Positions 36,001 to 50,961 of a DNA stretch of 64,000 nucleotides are shown piece after piece (the stretch's first letter is position 1; every line of letters starts with the position of its first letter). Made by a program: the position numbers and the translations under genes. The notes beneath the pieces were generated by a model, which saw only the letters and a list, made by a program, of their open reading frames with translations, had not been told where the DNA came from and ran no database searches. The stretch covers positions 1 to 64,000 of the forward strand of contig OZ037765.1 of the NCBI GenBank assembly GCA_964035545.1, given 5' to 3'. The DNA is from Bugula neritina. Its lineage: Eukaryota > Animalia > Bryozoa.

Positions 36001-39000
36001 TAATAGAGAATATAAACTATAATATAATAGAGAATATAAACTATATAATATAATAGAGAATATATACTATATAATATAATAGAGAATATAAACTATATAA
36101 TATAATAGAGAATATAAACTATATAATATAATAGAGAATATAAACTATATAATATAATAGAGAATATAAACTATATAATATAATAGAATATAAACTATAT
36201 AATATAATAGAGAATATATACTATATAATATAATAGAGAATATAAACTATATAATATAATAGAGAATATAAACTATATAATATAATAGAGAATATAAACT
36301 ATATAATATAATAGAGAATATAAACTATATAATATAATAGAGAATATAAACTATAATATAATAGAGAATATAAACTATATAATATAATAGAGAATATATA
36401 CTATATAATATAATAGAGAATATAAACTATATAATATAATAGAGTATATACTATATAATATAATAGAGAATATAAACTATATAATATAATAGAGAGTATA
36501 TACTATATAATATAATAGAGAATATAAACTATATGATATAATAGAGAGTATAAACTATATAATATAATAGAGAGTATAAACTATATAATATAATAGAGAA
36601 TATATACTATATAATATAATAGAGAATATAAACTATATAATATAATAGAGAATATAAACTATATAATATAATAGAGAATATATACTATATAATATAATAG
36701 AGAGTATAAACTATATAATATAATAGAGAATATAAACTATATAATATAATAGGAGTATATACTATATAATATAATAGAGAATATAAACTATACAATATAA
36801 TAGAGAATATATACTATATAATATAATAGAGAATATAAACTATATAATATAATAGAGAATATATACTATATAATATAATAGAGAGTATAAACTATATAAT
36901 ATAATAGAGAATATAAACTATATAATATAATAGAGAGTATATACTATATAATATAATAGAGAATATAAACTATACAATATAATAGAGAATATATACTATA
37001 TAATATAATAGAGAATATAAACTATATAATATAATAGAGAATATATACTATATAATATAATAGAGAGTATAAACTATATAATATAATAGAGAGTATAAAC
37101 TATATAATATAATAGAGAATATAAACTATATAATATAATAGAGAATATAAACTATACAATATAATAGAGAATATAAACTATATAATATAATAGAGAATAT
37201 AAACTATATAATATAATAGAGAATATAAACTATATAATATAATAGAGAATATAAACTATAATATAATAGAGAATATAAACTATAATATAATAGAGAATAT
37301 AAACTATATAGTATAATAGAGAATATAAACTATATAATATAATAGAGAATATAAACTATATAATATGATAGAGAGTATATACTATATAATATAATAGAGA
37401 ATATAAACTATATAATATAATAGAGAATATAAACTATATAATATAATAGAGAGTATAAACTATATAGTATAATAGAGAATATAAACTATATAATATAATA
37501 GAGAATATAAACTATATAATATAATAGAATATAAACTATATAATATAATAGAGAATATAAACTATATAATATAATAGAGAATATAAACTATATAATATAA
37601 TAGAGAATATAAACTATATAATATAATAGAATATAAACTATATAATATAATAGAGAATATATACTATATAATATAATAGAGAATATAAACTATATAATAT
37701 AATAGAGAATATAAACTATATAATATAATAGAGAATATAAACTATATAATATAATAGAGAGTATAAACTATATAATATAATAGAGAATATAAACTATATA
37801 ATATAATAGAGAATATAAACTATAATATAATAGAGAATATAAACTATATAATATAATAGAGAATATAAACTATAATATAATAGAGAATATAAACTATATA
37901 ATATAATAGAGAATATATACTATATAATATAATAGAGAATATAAACTATATAATATAATAGAGTATATACTATATAATATAATAGAGAATATAAACTATA
38001 TAATATAATAGAGAGTATATACTATATAATATAATAGAGAATATAAACTATATGATATAATAGAGAGTATAAACTATATAATATAATAGAGAATATAAAC
38101 TATACAATATAATAGAGAGTATAAACTATATAATATAATAGAGAATATAAACTATATAGTATAATAGAGAATATAAACTATATAATATAATAGAGAATAT
38201 AAACTATAATATAATAGAGAATATAAACTATATAATATAATAGAGAATATATACTATATAATATAATAGAGAATATATACTATATAGTATAATAGAGAAT
38301 ATAAACTATATAATATAATAGAGAATATAAACTATATAATATAATAGAGAATATAAACTATATAATATAATAGAGAATATAAACTATATAATATAATAGA
38401 GAATATAAACTATATAGTATAATAGAGAATATAAACTATATAATATAATAGAGAATATAAACTATAATATAATAGAGAATATAAACTATATAATATAATA
38501 GAGAATATAAACTATAATATAATAGAGAATATAAACTATATAATATAATAGAGAATATATACTATATAATATAATAGAGAATATAAACTATATAATATAA
38601 TAGAGTATATACTATATAATATAATAGAGAATATAAACTATATAATATAATAGAGAGTATATACTATATAATATAATAGAGAATATAAACTATATGATAT
38701 AATAGAGAGTATAAACTATATAATATAATAGAGAGTATAAACTATATAATATAATAGAGAATATATACTATATAATATAATAGAGAATATAAACTATATA
38801 ATATAATAGAGAATATAAACTATATAATATAATAGAGAATATATACTATATAATATAATAGAGAGTATAAACTATATAATATAATAGAGAATATAAACTA
38901 TATAATATAATAGAGAGTATATACTATATAATATAATAGAGAATATAAACTATACAATATAATAGAGAATATATACTATATAATATAATAGAGAATATAT

Positions 39001-42000
39001 ACTATATAATATAATAGAGAGTATAAACTATATAATATAATAGAGAATATAAACTATATAATATAATAGAGAGTATATACTATATAATATAATAGAGAAT
39101 ATAAACTATACAATATAATAGAGAATATATACTATATAATATAATAGAGAATATAAACTATATAATATAATAGAGAATATATACTATATAATATAATAGA
39201 GAGTATAAACTATATAATATAATAGAGAATATAAACTATATAATATAATAGAGAGTATATACTATATAATATAATAGAGAATATAAACTATACAATATAA
39301 TAGAGAATATATACTATATAATATAATAGAGAATATAAACTATATAATATAATAGAGAATATATACTATATAATATAATAGAGAGTATAAACTATATAAT
39401 ATAATAGAGAGTATAAACTATATAATATAATAGAGAATATAAACTATAATATAATAGAGAATATAAACTATAATATAATAGAGAATATAAACTATATAAT
39501 ATAATAGAGAATATAAACTATATAATATAATAGAGAGTATAAACTATACAATATAATAGAGAGTATAAACTATATAATATAATAGAGAATATAAACTATA
39601 TAATATAATAGAGTATATACTATATAATATAATAGAGAATATATACTATATAATATAATAGAGAATATAAACTATATAATATAATAGAGAATATAAACTA
39701 TATAATATAATAGAGAATATAAACTATATAATATAATAGAGAATATAAACTATATAATATAATAGAGAATATAAACTATATAATATAATAGAGAATATAA
39801 ACTATATAATATAATAGAGAATATAAACTATATAATATAATAGAGAATATATACTATATAATATAATAGAGAGTATAAACTATATAATATAATAGAGAAT
39901 ATAAACTATATAATATAATAGAGAATATAAACTATAATATAATAGAGAATATAAACTATATAATATAATAGAGAATATAAACTATATAATATAATAGAGA
40001 ATATAAACTATATAATATAATAGAGAATATATACTATATAATATAATAGAGAGTATAAACTATATAATATAATAGAATATAAACTATATAATATAATAGA
40101 GAATATAAACTATATAATATAATAGAGAGTATAAACTATATAATATAATAGAGAATATAAACTATATAATATAATAGAGAGTATATACTATATAATATAA
40201 TAGAGAGTATAAACTATACAATATAATAGAGAATATAAACTATATAATATAATAGAGAATATAAACTATATAATATAATAGAGAATATAAACTATATAAT
40301 ATAATAGAGAATATAAACTATATAATATAATAGAGAATATAAACTATATAATATAATAGAGAGTATAAACTATATAATATAATAGAATATAAACTATATA
40401 ATATAATAGAGAATATAAACTATATAATATAATAGAGAGTATATACTATATAATATAATAGAGAATATAAACTATATAGTATAATAGAGTATATACTATA
40501 TAATATAATAGAGAATATAAACTATATAATATAATAGAGAATATAAACTATATAATATAATAGAGAATATAAACTATATAATATAATAGAATATAAACTA
40601 TATAATATAATAGAGAATATAAACTATATAATATAATAGAGAGTATATACTATATAATATAATAGAGAATATAAACTATATAATATAATAGAGAGTATAT
40701 ACTATATAATATAATAGAGAATATAAACTATACAATATAATAGAGAATATATACTATATAATATAATAGAGAATATAAACTATATAATATAATAGAGAAT
40801 ATATACTATATAATATAATAAAGAATATAAACTATATAAGATAATAGAGAATATAAACTATAATATAATAGAGAATATAAACTATAATATAATAGAGAAT
40901 ATAAACTATATAATATAATAGAATATAAACTATATAATATAATAGAGAATATATACTATATAATATAATAGAGAATATAAACTATATAATATAATAGAGA
41001 ATATAAACTATATAATATAATAGAGAATATAAACTATATAATATAATAGAGAGTATAAACTATATAATATAATAGAGAGTATAAACTATATAATATAATA
41101 GAGAATATAAACTATAATATAATAGAGAATATAAACTATATAATATAATAGAGAATATAAACTATAATATAATAGAGAATATAAACTATATAATATAATA
41201 GAGAATATATACTATATAATATAATAGAGAATATAAACTATATAATATAATAGAGTATATACTATATAATATAATAGAGAATATAAACTATATAATATAA
41301 TAGAGAGTATATACTATATAATATAATAGAGAATATAAACTATATGATATAATAGAGAGTATAAACTATATAATATAATAGAGAATATAAACTATATAAT
41401 ATAATAGAGAATATAAACTATATAGTATAATAGAGAATATAAACTATATAATATAATAGAGAATATAAACTATAATATAATAGAGAATATAAACTATATA
41501 ATATAATAGAGAATATATACTATATAATATAATAGAGAATATAAACTATATAATATAATAGAGTATATACTATATAATATAATAGAGAATATAAACTATA
41601 TAATATAATAGAGAGTATATACTATATAATATAATAGAGAATATAAACTATATGATATAATAGAGAGTATAAACTATATAATATAATAGAGAGTATAAAC
41701 TATATAATATAATAGAGAATATATACTATATAATATAATAGAGAATATAAACTATATAATATAATAGAGAATATAAACTATATAATATAATAGAGAATAT
41801 ATACTATATAATATAATAGAGAGTATATACTATATAATATAATAGAGAATATAAACTATATAATATAATAGAGAATATAAACTATATAGTATAATAGAGA
41901 ATATAAACTATATAATATAATAGAGAGTATAAACTATATAATATAATAGAGAATATAAACTATATAATATAATAGAGAATATAAACTATATAATATAATA

Positions 42001-45000
42001 GAGAATATAAACTATATAATATAATAGAGAATATAAACTATATAATATAATAGAGAATATAAACTATATAATATAATAGAGAATATAAACTATATAATAT
42101 AATAGAGAATATAAACTATATAATATAATAGAGAATATAAACTATATAATATAATAGAGAATATAAACTATATAATATAATAGAGAATATATACTATATA
42201 ATATAATAGAGAGTATAAACTATATAATATAATAGAGAATATAAACTATATAATATAATAGAGAATATAAACTATAATATAATAGAGAATATATACTATA
42301 TAATATAATAGAATATAAACTATATAATATAATAGAGAATATAAACTATATAATATAATAGAGAGTATAAACTATATAATATAATAGAGAATATAAACTA
42401 TATAATATAATAGAGAGTATATACTATATAATATAATAGAGAATATAAACTATACAATATAATAGAGAATATAAACTATATAATATATTAGAGAATATAA
42501 ACTATATAATATAATAGAGAATATAAACTATATAATATAATAGAGAATATAAACTATATAATATAATAGAGAATATAAACTATATAATATAATAGAGAAT
42601 ATAAACTATATAATATAATAGAGAGTATAAACTATATAATATAATAGAATATAAACTATATAATATAATAGAGAATATAAACTATATAATATAATAGAGA
42701 GTATATACTATATAATATAATAGAGAATATAAACTATATAGTATAATAGAGTATATACTATATAATATAATAGAGAATATAAACTATATAATATAATAGA
42801 GAATATAAACTATATAATATAATAGAGAATATAAACTATATAATATAATAGAATATAAACTATATAATATAATAGAGAATATAAACTATATAATATAATA
42901 GAGAGTATATACTATATAATATAATAGAGAATATATACTATATAATATAATAGAGAATATATACTATATAATATAATAGAGAATATAAACTATATAATAT
43001 AATAGAGAGTATATACTATTTAATATAATAGAGAATATAAACTATACAATATAATAGAGAATATATACTATATAATATAATAGAGAATATAAACTATATA
43101 ATATAATAGAGAATATATACTATATAATATAATAAAGAATATAAACTATATAATATAATAGAGAATATAAACTATAATATAATAGAGAATATAAACTATA
43201 ATATAATAGAGAATATAAACTATATAATATAATAGAGAGTATAAACTATATAATATAATAGAGAATATATACTATATAATATAATAGAGAATATAAACTA
43301 TATAATATAATAGAGAATATAAACTATATAATATAATAGAGAATATAAACTATATAATATAATAGAGAATATAAACTATAATATAATAGAGAATATAAAC
43401 TATATAATATAATAGAGAATATAAACTATATAATATAATAGAGAATATAAACTATAATATAATAGAGAATATAAACTATACAATATAATAGAGAATATAA
43501 ACTATATAATATAATAGAGAATATAAACTATATAATATAATAGAGAATATAAACTATATAATATAATAGAGAATATAAACTATACAATATAATAGAGAAT
43601 ATATACTATATAATATAATAGAGAATATAAACTATATAATATAATAGAGAATATAAACTATATAATATAATAGAGAATATAAACTATATAATATAATAGA
43701 GAGTATAAACTATATAATATAATAGAGAATATAAACTATACAATATAATAAAGAATATATACTATATAATATAATAGAGAATATAAACTATATAATATAA
43801 TAGAGAATATAAACTATATAATATAATAGAGAATATAAACTATATAATATAATAGAGAGTATAAACTATATAATATAATAGAGAATATAAACTATATAAT
43901 ATAATAGAGAGTATATACTATATAATATAATAGAGAATATAAACTATATAATATAATAGAGAGTATAAACTATATAATATAATAGAGAATATAAACTATA
44001 TAATATAATAGAGAGTATAAACTATATAATATAATAGAGAATATATACTATATAATATAATAGAGAATATATACTATATAATATAATAGAGAATATAAAC
44101 TATATAGTATAATAGAGTATAAACTATATAATATAATAGAGAGTATAAACTATATAATATAATAGAGAGTATAAACTATATAATATAATAGAGAATATAA
44201 ACTATATAATATAATAGAGAATATAAACTATATAATATAATAGAGAATATAAACTATATAATATAATAGAGAATATAAACTATATAATATAATAGAGAAT
44301 ATAAACTATATAATATAATAGAGAATATAAACTATATAATATAATAGAGAATATAAACTATATAATGTAATAGAGAATATAAACTATATAATATAATAGA
44401 GAATATAAACTATATAATATAATAGAGAGTATAAACTATATAATATAATAGAGAGTATAAACTATATAATATAATAGAGAATATAAACTATATAATATAA
44501 TAGAGAGTATAAACTATATAATATATTAGAGAATATAAACTATATAATATAATAGAGAATATAAACTATATAATATAATAGAGAATATAAACTATATAAT
44601 ATAATAGAGAATATAAACTATATAATATAATAGAGAATATAAACTATATAGTATAATAGAGAGTATAAACTATATAATATAATAGAGAGTATAAACTATA
44701 TAATATAATAGAGAGTATATACTATATAATATAATAGAGAGTATAAACTATATAATATAATAGAGAATATAAACTATATAATATGATAGAGAGTATAAAC
44801 TATATAATATAATAGAGAATATATACTATATAGTATAATAGAGAATATATACTATATAATATAATAGAGAATATAAACTATATAATATAATAGAGAGTAT
44901 ATACTATATAATATAATAGAGAATATAAACTATATAATATAATAGAGAATATAAACTATATAATATAATAGAGAATATATACTATATAATATAATAAAGA

Positions 45001-45257
45001 ATATAAACTATATAGTATAATAGAGAATATAAACTATACAATATAATAGAGAATATAAACTATACAATATAATAGAGAATATATACTATATAATATAATA
45101 GAGAATATAAACTATATAGTATAATAGAGAATATAAACTATATAATAGAGAATATAAACTATATAGTATAATAGAGAATATAAACTATATAATAGAGAAT
45201 ATAAACTATATAATATAATAGAGAATATAAACTATATAATATAATAGAGAATATAAA
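1..45257. repeat. Giant 26-bp AT-rich tandem satellite, consensus AGAGAATATAAACTATATAATATAAT, about 1,750 copies, truncated by the left window edge
   Basis: Period of 26 read directly (unit starts at 1, 27, 53...). Recurrent variants are AGAGAG, TATATACT, TATACA, TATATAG and 24-bp units. Ends abruptly at ...AGAGAATATAAA|TTGCGG. Confidence 0.99.
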
Positions 45258-45826
45258 TTGCGGATATAAATAATAAGTAAGTCAATTCACTTATATCTAT
45301 TACTACTCAACAGTGAACATGTATAACAATTAAACAATAATTACTACTCAACAGTGGAATAAAATAAACATTCTTTTTAAATAAATAAAACTCAGAGTAG
45401 CAGTTGGTATATTTTCTAATCTACTGGCTGGCATTAACAGCCTGTCAATGAGCTAGCAGTATGAATGATTTTCGCTTTGATGTTAACTGGACGTTACTCC
45501 AAGCTATTAACTAAAGTAGTATACTGGTAACCCTGGTTTCCGCAAGGCAGTAAATTTGCTCATCAAAATAAAAGCAGACGTAACAGTTTTTAAATGTTAA
45601 CAACTTTGTTAGCATATTCACTTCAATAAGGAAACAATACTTTTAGTGAAGGAAAAGCATTTTTTATTCTTATATTTCTATTTCAAACATTTAAACACTA
45701 AACGTTATTTAAACAGTAAAATATGTTATAATTAAAACAAGTAATTCCACTATAGGCCTATGCAACTGAAGTGACTGCGTTAACAAGTTTTAATTTGAAT
45801 TGGCATACTCATACTGATACACTTAC

Positions 45827-45843
45827 CCTTACAGAGTTTCACA
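45827..45843 (-). other. Candidate 17-nt microexon (TGTGAAACTCTGTAAGG)
   Basis: Minus strand reads ttttttttattatttgcttttAG | 17 nt | GTAAGT, a strong polypyrimidine acceptor and consensus donor. No transcript support is available. Confidence 0.45.
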
Positions 45844-46406
45844 CTAAAAGCAAATAATAAAAAAAATTTAAAATTAAGTTTATTCTCTGTCATATGAATC
45901 AGTCAGTAATCTCTGTTTCAAATTTCAATTCATTGAATTAATAATTATAATGGCATTGGCATTGTGATTGCATATTAATATTAGTTTTAATTTCAGAGAC
46001 TTAAATTTTGAGCTAGCTTCTCAACTTCTGAGTTTGGTTATAAAAACTACCATTTTTGTTGTGATTTTGTTTGTTCTGTTTAAATTTAAAGGTTAAAAGT
46101 AAAACTAAAACTAAAAGGAAACTGCATGCTTAAAACTTACAATAAAGAATGATAACTAATTACTAACTTCAAGGTAATTTGCTTGGGTAAGTTATCTTGA
46201 GACTTGAGTACTATGAGTATGAGTATCAGTATGCTAGTGTTACTTTAATTTTCAGTTTGAGACTATATAATTAAAATTGTTTAAATATATGAATCAGAAT
46301 ATGAATATCAATATGAATATGAATATATCTATGAGTATATGATCTAACTCTATGACTATCAGCATTATGATTATAACTATAAGACCAAGTATTCTACGAT
46401 ACTTAC

Positions 46407-46540
46407 AAACCTAATTTCGTTGAACATAATGTTTCTCATCATTCTAGCGTTTTTATATTTGTTATCAATGGAAATCAAAATCATCTACATCGCATCTACC
46501 GCTTTCTACTTCTGGTGCATGCTGGTGCCTGTATCACAAG
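46407..46540 (-). other. Candidate first (probably 5' UTR) exon of a gene transcribed leftward toward the giant satellite
   Basis: Consensus donor GTAAGT at 46406-46401 on the minus strand, just downstream of promoter-like motifs. The 5' boundary is approximate. Confidence 0.35.
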
Positions 46541-46556
46541 CAATCGTCTGCGATAA

Positions 46557-46585
46557 GTCACGTGATTATCAATCTTCTCGCGATA
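46557..46585. promoter_or_regulatory. Candidate promoter motifs: E-box GTCACGTGAT and TCTCGCGATA (9/10 match to the TCTCGCGAGA promoter palindrome)
   Basis: Motifs at 46557-46566 and 46576-46585 lie in a local CpG-enriched patch within otherwise AT-rich DNA. Confidence 0.35.
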
Positions 46586-46999
46586 AAACTAATTGTTACC
46601 TTGACTACCATGTTGACTTACTTTAATCGTAAAACTGCGTCGACTCAAGTGTTCCTTGGGATTGCTAGTACTACCAGACCAGAATTTGGCTATCCTTCGA
46701 CTATTTTTACACCAAGTTTTTTTAACATATAATAAATTAAGGTTTTATGGAACATGAAAAGAATGAATTATAATCATCTAGAAGTCAACTCATTATATTT
46801 TAGCATGCATTACAGTCCACATCAAACACTGAAACAGTATGAGTATGAGTAGCTTTGATCTTATCAATTTAAATAAACTTGCGAGGTTTTTACCAACCCC
46901 TTTATGGCCATTATTAAAAATAACTCTTTTATTTTATTTAAAAAAAACTCATAGGTAGGCTTATTTTACAAGATTAGCCAGGTTCCTAAAGCTCTGTAA

Positions 47000-47046
47000 A
47001 CTTACCAACGAGACACAGCTATTACTACTGTGTCTCGTTGGTAAGT
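47000..47046. repeat. Perfect 19-bp inverted repeat with a 9-nt loop
   Basis: ACTTACCAACGAGACACAG-ctattacta-CTGTGTCTCGTTGGTAAGT; the arms are exact reverse complements. Confidence 0.95.
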
Positions 47047-47376
47047 AGCTATTGAAACATTAAGTATAGTGAGTATATAATTACCTGAGAGTTACTCGAA
47101 GTATGTAGGCATGACATTGAAGTATCGAAAGAACAATAAAGTGGGGTCTGGCCGGCCAGGGGAAATACAAGGACCAAAAGTATAGTACTGATTTATAATT
47201 ATTTTATCACAAAGTCTATCGGCATGTTTCTCTACTGTAGGCTGACATCTTTTATCTCATAGTCTCTCGTTCGTCGGTGACCCAATATGTATTTTAATAA
47301 ACAAATGCCATGACATTATAACGTAGCATCTCGCTAGTCCGTAATTAGTGATAAACAAAAGACACATAATAATATA

Positions 47377-50300
47377 ACAGCTATTACTACTAATAGACTA
47401 GCTAACAAACAGACACAGCTATTACTACTAATAGACTAGCTAGTAAACAGACACAGCTATTACTACTAATAGACTAGCTAGTAAACAGACACAGCTATTA
47501 CTATTGATAGACTGGCTAGTAAACAGACACAGCTATTACTACTAATAGACTAGCTAACAAACAGACACAGCTATTACTACTAATAGACTGGCTAGTAAAC
47601 ACAGCTATTACTACTAATAGACTAGCTAGTAAACAGACACAGCTATTACTATTGATAGACTGGCTAGTAAACAAACACAGCTATTACTACTGATAGACTA
47701 GCTAGTAAACACAGCTATTACTACTGATAGACTAGCTAGTAAACAGACACAGCTATTACTACTGATAGACTAGCTAGTAAACAGACACAGCTATTACTAT
47801 TGATAGACTAGCTAGTAAACAGACACAGCTATTACTACTGATAGACTAGCTAACAAACAGACACAGCTATTACTACTAATAGACTAGCTAGTAAACAGAC
47901 ACAGCTATTACTATTGATAGAGTAGCTAGTAAACAGACACAGCTATTACTACTAATAGACTGGCTAGTAAACAGACACAGCTATTACTACTAATAGACTG
48001 GCTAGTAAACAGACACAGCTATTACTACTGATAGACTAGCTAGTAAACACAGCTATTACTACTGATAGACTAGCTAGTAAACAGACACAGCTATTACTAC
48101 TAATAGACTGGCTAGTAAACAGACACAGCTATTACTACTGATAGACTAGCTAGTAAACAGACACAGCTATTACTACTAATAGACTAGCTAGTAAACAGAC
48201 ACAGCTATTACTACTAATAGACTAGCTAGTAAACAGACACAGCTATTACTATTGATAGAGTAGCTAGTAAACAGACACAGCTATTACTACTGATAGACTA
48301 GCTAGTAAACAGACACAGCTATTACTACTAATAGACTGGCTAGTAAACAGACACAGCTATTACTATTGATAGACTGGCTAGTAAACAGACACAGCTATTA
48401 CTACTAATAGACTAGCTAGTAAACAGACACAGCTATTACTATTGATAGACTGGCTAGTAAACAGACACAGCTATTACTACTAATAGACTAGCTAACAAAC
48501 AGACACAGCTATTACTACTAATAGACTGGCTAGTAAACAGACACAGCTATTACTATTGATAGACTAGCTAGTAAACAGACACAGCTATTACTACTAATAG
48601 ACTAGCTAGTAAACAGACACAGCTATTACTATTGATAGAGTAGCTAGTAAACAGACACAGCTATTACTACTAATAGACTGGCTAGTAAACAGACACAGCT
48701 ATTACTACTAATAGACTGGCTAGTAAACAGACACAGCTATTACTACTGATAGACTAGCTAGTAAACACAGCTATTACTACTGATAGACTAGCTAGTAAAC
48801 AGACACAGCTATTACTACTAATAGACTGGCTAGTAAACAGACACAGCTATTACTACTGATAGACTAGCTAGTAAACAGACACAGCTATTACTACTAATAG
48901 ACTAGCTAGTAAACAGACACAGCTATTACTACTAATAGACTAGCTAGTAAACAGACACAGCTATTACTATTGATAGAGTAGCTAGTAAACAGACACAGCT
49001 ATTACTACTGATAGACTAGCTAGTAAACAGACACAGCTATTACTACTAATAGACTGGCTAGTAAACAGACACAGCTATTACTATTGATAGACTGGCTAGT
49101 AAACAGACACAGCTATTACTACTAATAGACTAGCTAGTAAACAGACACAGCTATTACTATTGATAGACTGGCTAGTAAACAGACACAGCTATTACTACTA
49201 ATAGACTAGCTAACAAACAGACACAGCTATTACTACTAATAGACTGGCTAGTAAACAGACACAGCTATTACTATTGATAGACTAGCTAGTAAACAGACAC
49301 AGCTATTACTACTGATAGACTAGCTAGTAAACAGACACAGCTATTACTACTAATAGACTAGCTAACAAACAGACACAGCTATTACTACTAATAGACTAGC
49401 TAGTAAACAGACACAGCTATTACTATTGATAGAGTAGCTAGTAAACAGACACAGCTATTACTACTAATAGACTAGCTAGTAAACAGACACAGCTATTACT
49501 ACTAATAGACTGGCTAGTAAACAGACACAGCTATTACTACTAATAGACTGGCTAGTAAACAGACACAGCTATTACTACTGATAGACTAGCTAGTAAACAC
49601 AGCTATTACTACTGATAGACTAGCTAGTAAACACAGCTATTACTACTGATAGACTAGCTAGTAAACAGACACAGCTATTACTACTAATAGACTAGCTAGT
49701 AAACAGACACAGCTATTACTACTAATAGACTAGCTAACAAACAGACACAGCTATTACTACTAATAGACTGGCTAGTAAACAGACACAGCTATTACTACTA
49801 ATAGACTGGCTAGTAAACAGACACAGCTATTACTACTAATAGACTAGCTAGTAAACAGACACAGCTATTACTACTAATAGACTAGCTAACAAACAGACAC
49901 AGCTATTACTACTAATAGACTGGCTAGTAAACAGACACAGCTATTACTACTGATAGACTAGCTAGTAAACAGACACAGCTATTACTACTAATAGACTAGC
50001 TAACAAACAGACACAGCTATTACTACTAATAGACTGGCTAGTAAACAGACACAGCTATTACTACTAATAGACTGGCTAGTAAACAGACACAGCTATTACT
50101 ACTAATAGACTAGCTAGTAAACAGACACAGCTATTACTACTAATAGACTAGCTAACAAACAGACACAGCTATTACTACTAATAGACTAGCTAGTAAACAG
50201 ACACAGCTATTACTACTAATAGACTAGCTAGTAAACAGACACAGCTATTACTACTAATAGACTGGCTAGTAAACAGACACAGCTATTACTACTGATAGAC

Positions 50301-50683
50301 TAGCTAGTAAACAGACACAGCTATTACTACTGATAGACTAGCTAGTAAACAGACACAGCTATTACTACTAATAGACTAGCTAGTAAACAGACACAGCTAT
50401 TACTACTGATAGACTGGCTAGTAAACAGACACAGCTATTACTATTGATAGACTAGCTAGTAAACAGACACAGCTATTACTACTGATAGACTAGCTAGCAA
50501 ACAGACACAGCTATTACTACTAATAGACTAGCTAGTAAACAGACACAGCTATTACTACTGATAGACTAGCTAACAAACAGACACAGCTATTACTACTAAT
50601 AGACTGGCTAGTAAACAGACACAACTATTACTACTAATAGACTAGCTAGTAAACAGACACAGCTATTACTACTGATAGACTAG
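47377..50683. repeat. 38-bp tandem satellite AGACACAGCTATTACTACTAATAGACTAGCTAGTAAAC, about 87 copies
   Basis: Period 38 (47411, 47449...), with occasional 34-bp units lacking AGAC. Confidence 0.98.
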
Positions 50684-50898
50684 TTTTTGAAGATTTTAAA
50701 TTTGGTTAATATTCAGTTTTACTCAGCACTGCAGAGCATATTCTACTAGAACCATTTACATGCAAGGTTGCTAATTTCTGCTATATTTTATGATGAAACA
50801 AGAAAAAAAATTAGTTTGCATCAAATAAAATATTTGAGGCAGTTTGTTTGAAGTTTAAAGTAAAATGCTAGGTGATGAATTTTAGTGTTCTTTCATTT

Positions 50899-50904
50899 TT
50901 TATT
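50899..50904 (-). terminator. Candidate polyadenylation signal (AATAAA) of the peroxidase gene
   Basis: TTTATT on the plus strand about 58 nt past the stop codon. The AT-rich context makes a chance match possible. Confidence 0.4.
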
Positions 50905-50961
50905 TTCTGAATGAGCAGATATAATAGAAAGAGTTGAGTAGATTGACAGCGCTTTGTCAGA

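Noticed and set aside
36751-36760. Single aberrant unit AGGAGTATAT shifting the satellite register by one base
   Set aside because: A one-off 1-bp indel that cannot be distinguished from a sequencing or consensus error.
1-45257. Telomeric or centromeric identity of the 26-bp array
   Set aside because: There is no G-rich telomerase-type motif, and centromere function cannot be inferred from sequence alone.
46420-46626. 68-aa hydrophobic plus-strand ORF
   Set aside because: It starts at TTG, has no recognisable domain, and overlaps the candidate minus-strand promoter and first exon.
47148-47159. 12-bp GC palindrome CTGGCCGGCCAG
   Set aside because: Isolated, with no associated element ends or target-site duplication recognised.
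45258-47376. Possible transposon or RNA gene in the unique spacer between the satellites
   Set aside because: No transposase/RT ORF, terminal repeats or tRNA/rRNA signatures were recognisable.
47377-50683. CRISPR-like appearance (38-bp partly palindromic repeats)
   Set aside because: Units are head-to-tail with no unique spacers, there are no cas genes, and the context is eukaryotic.
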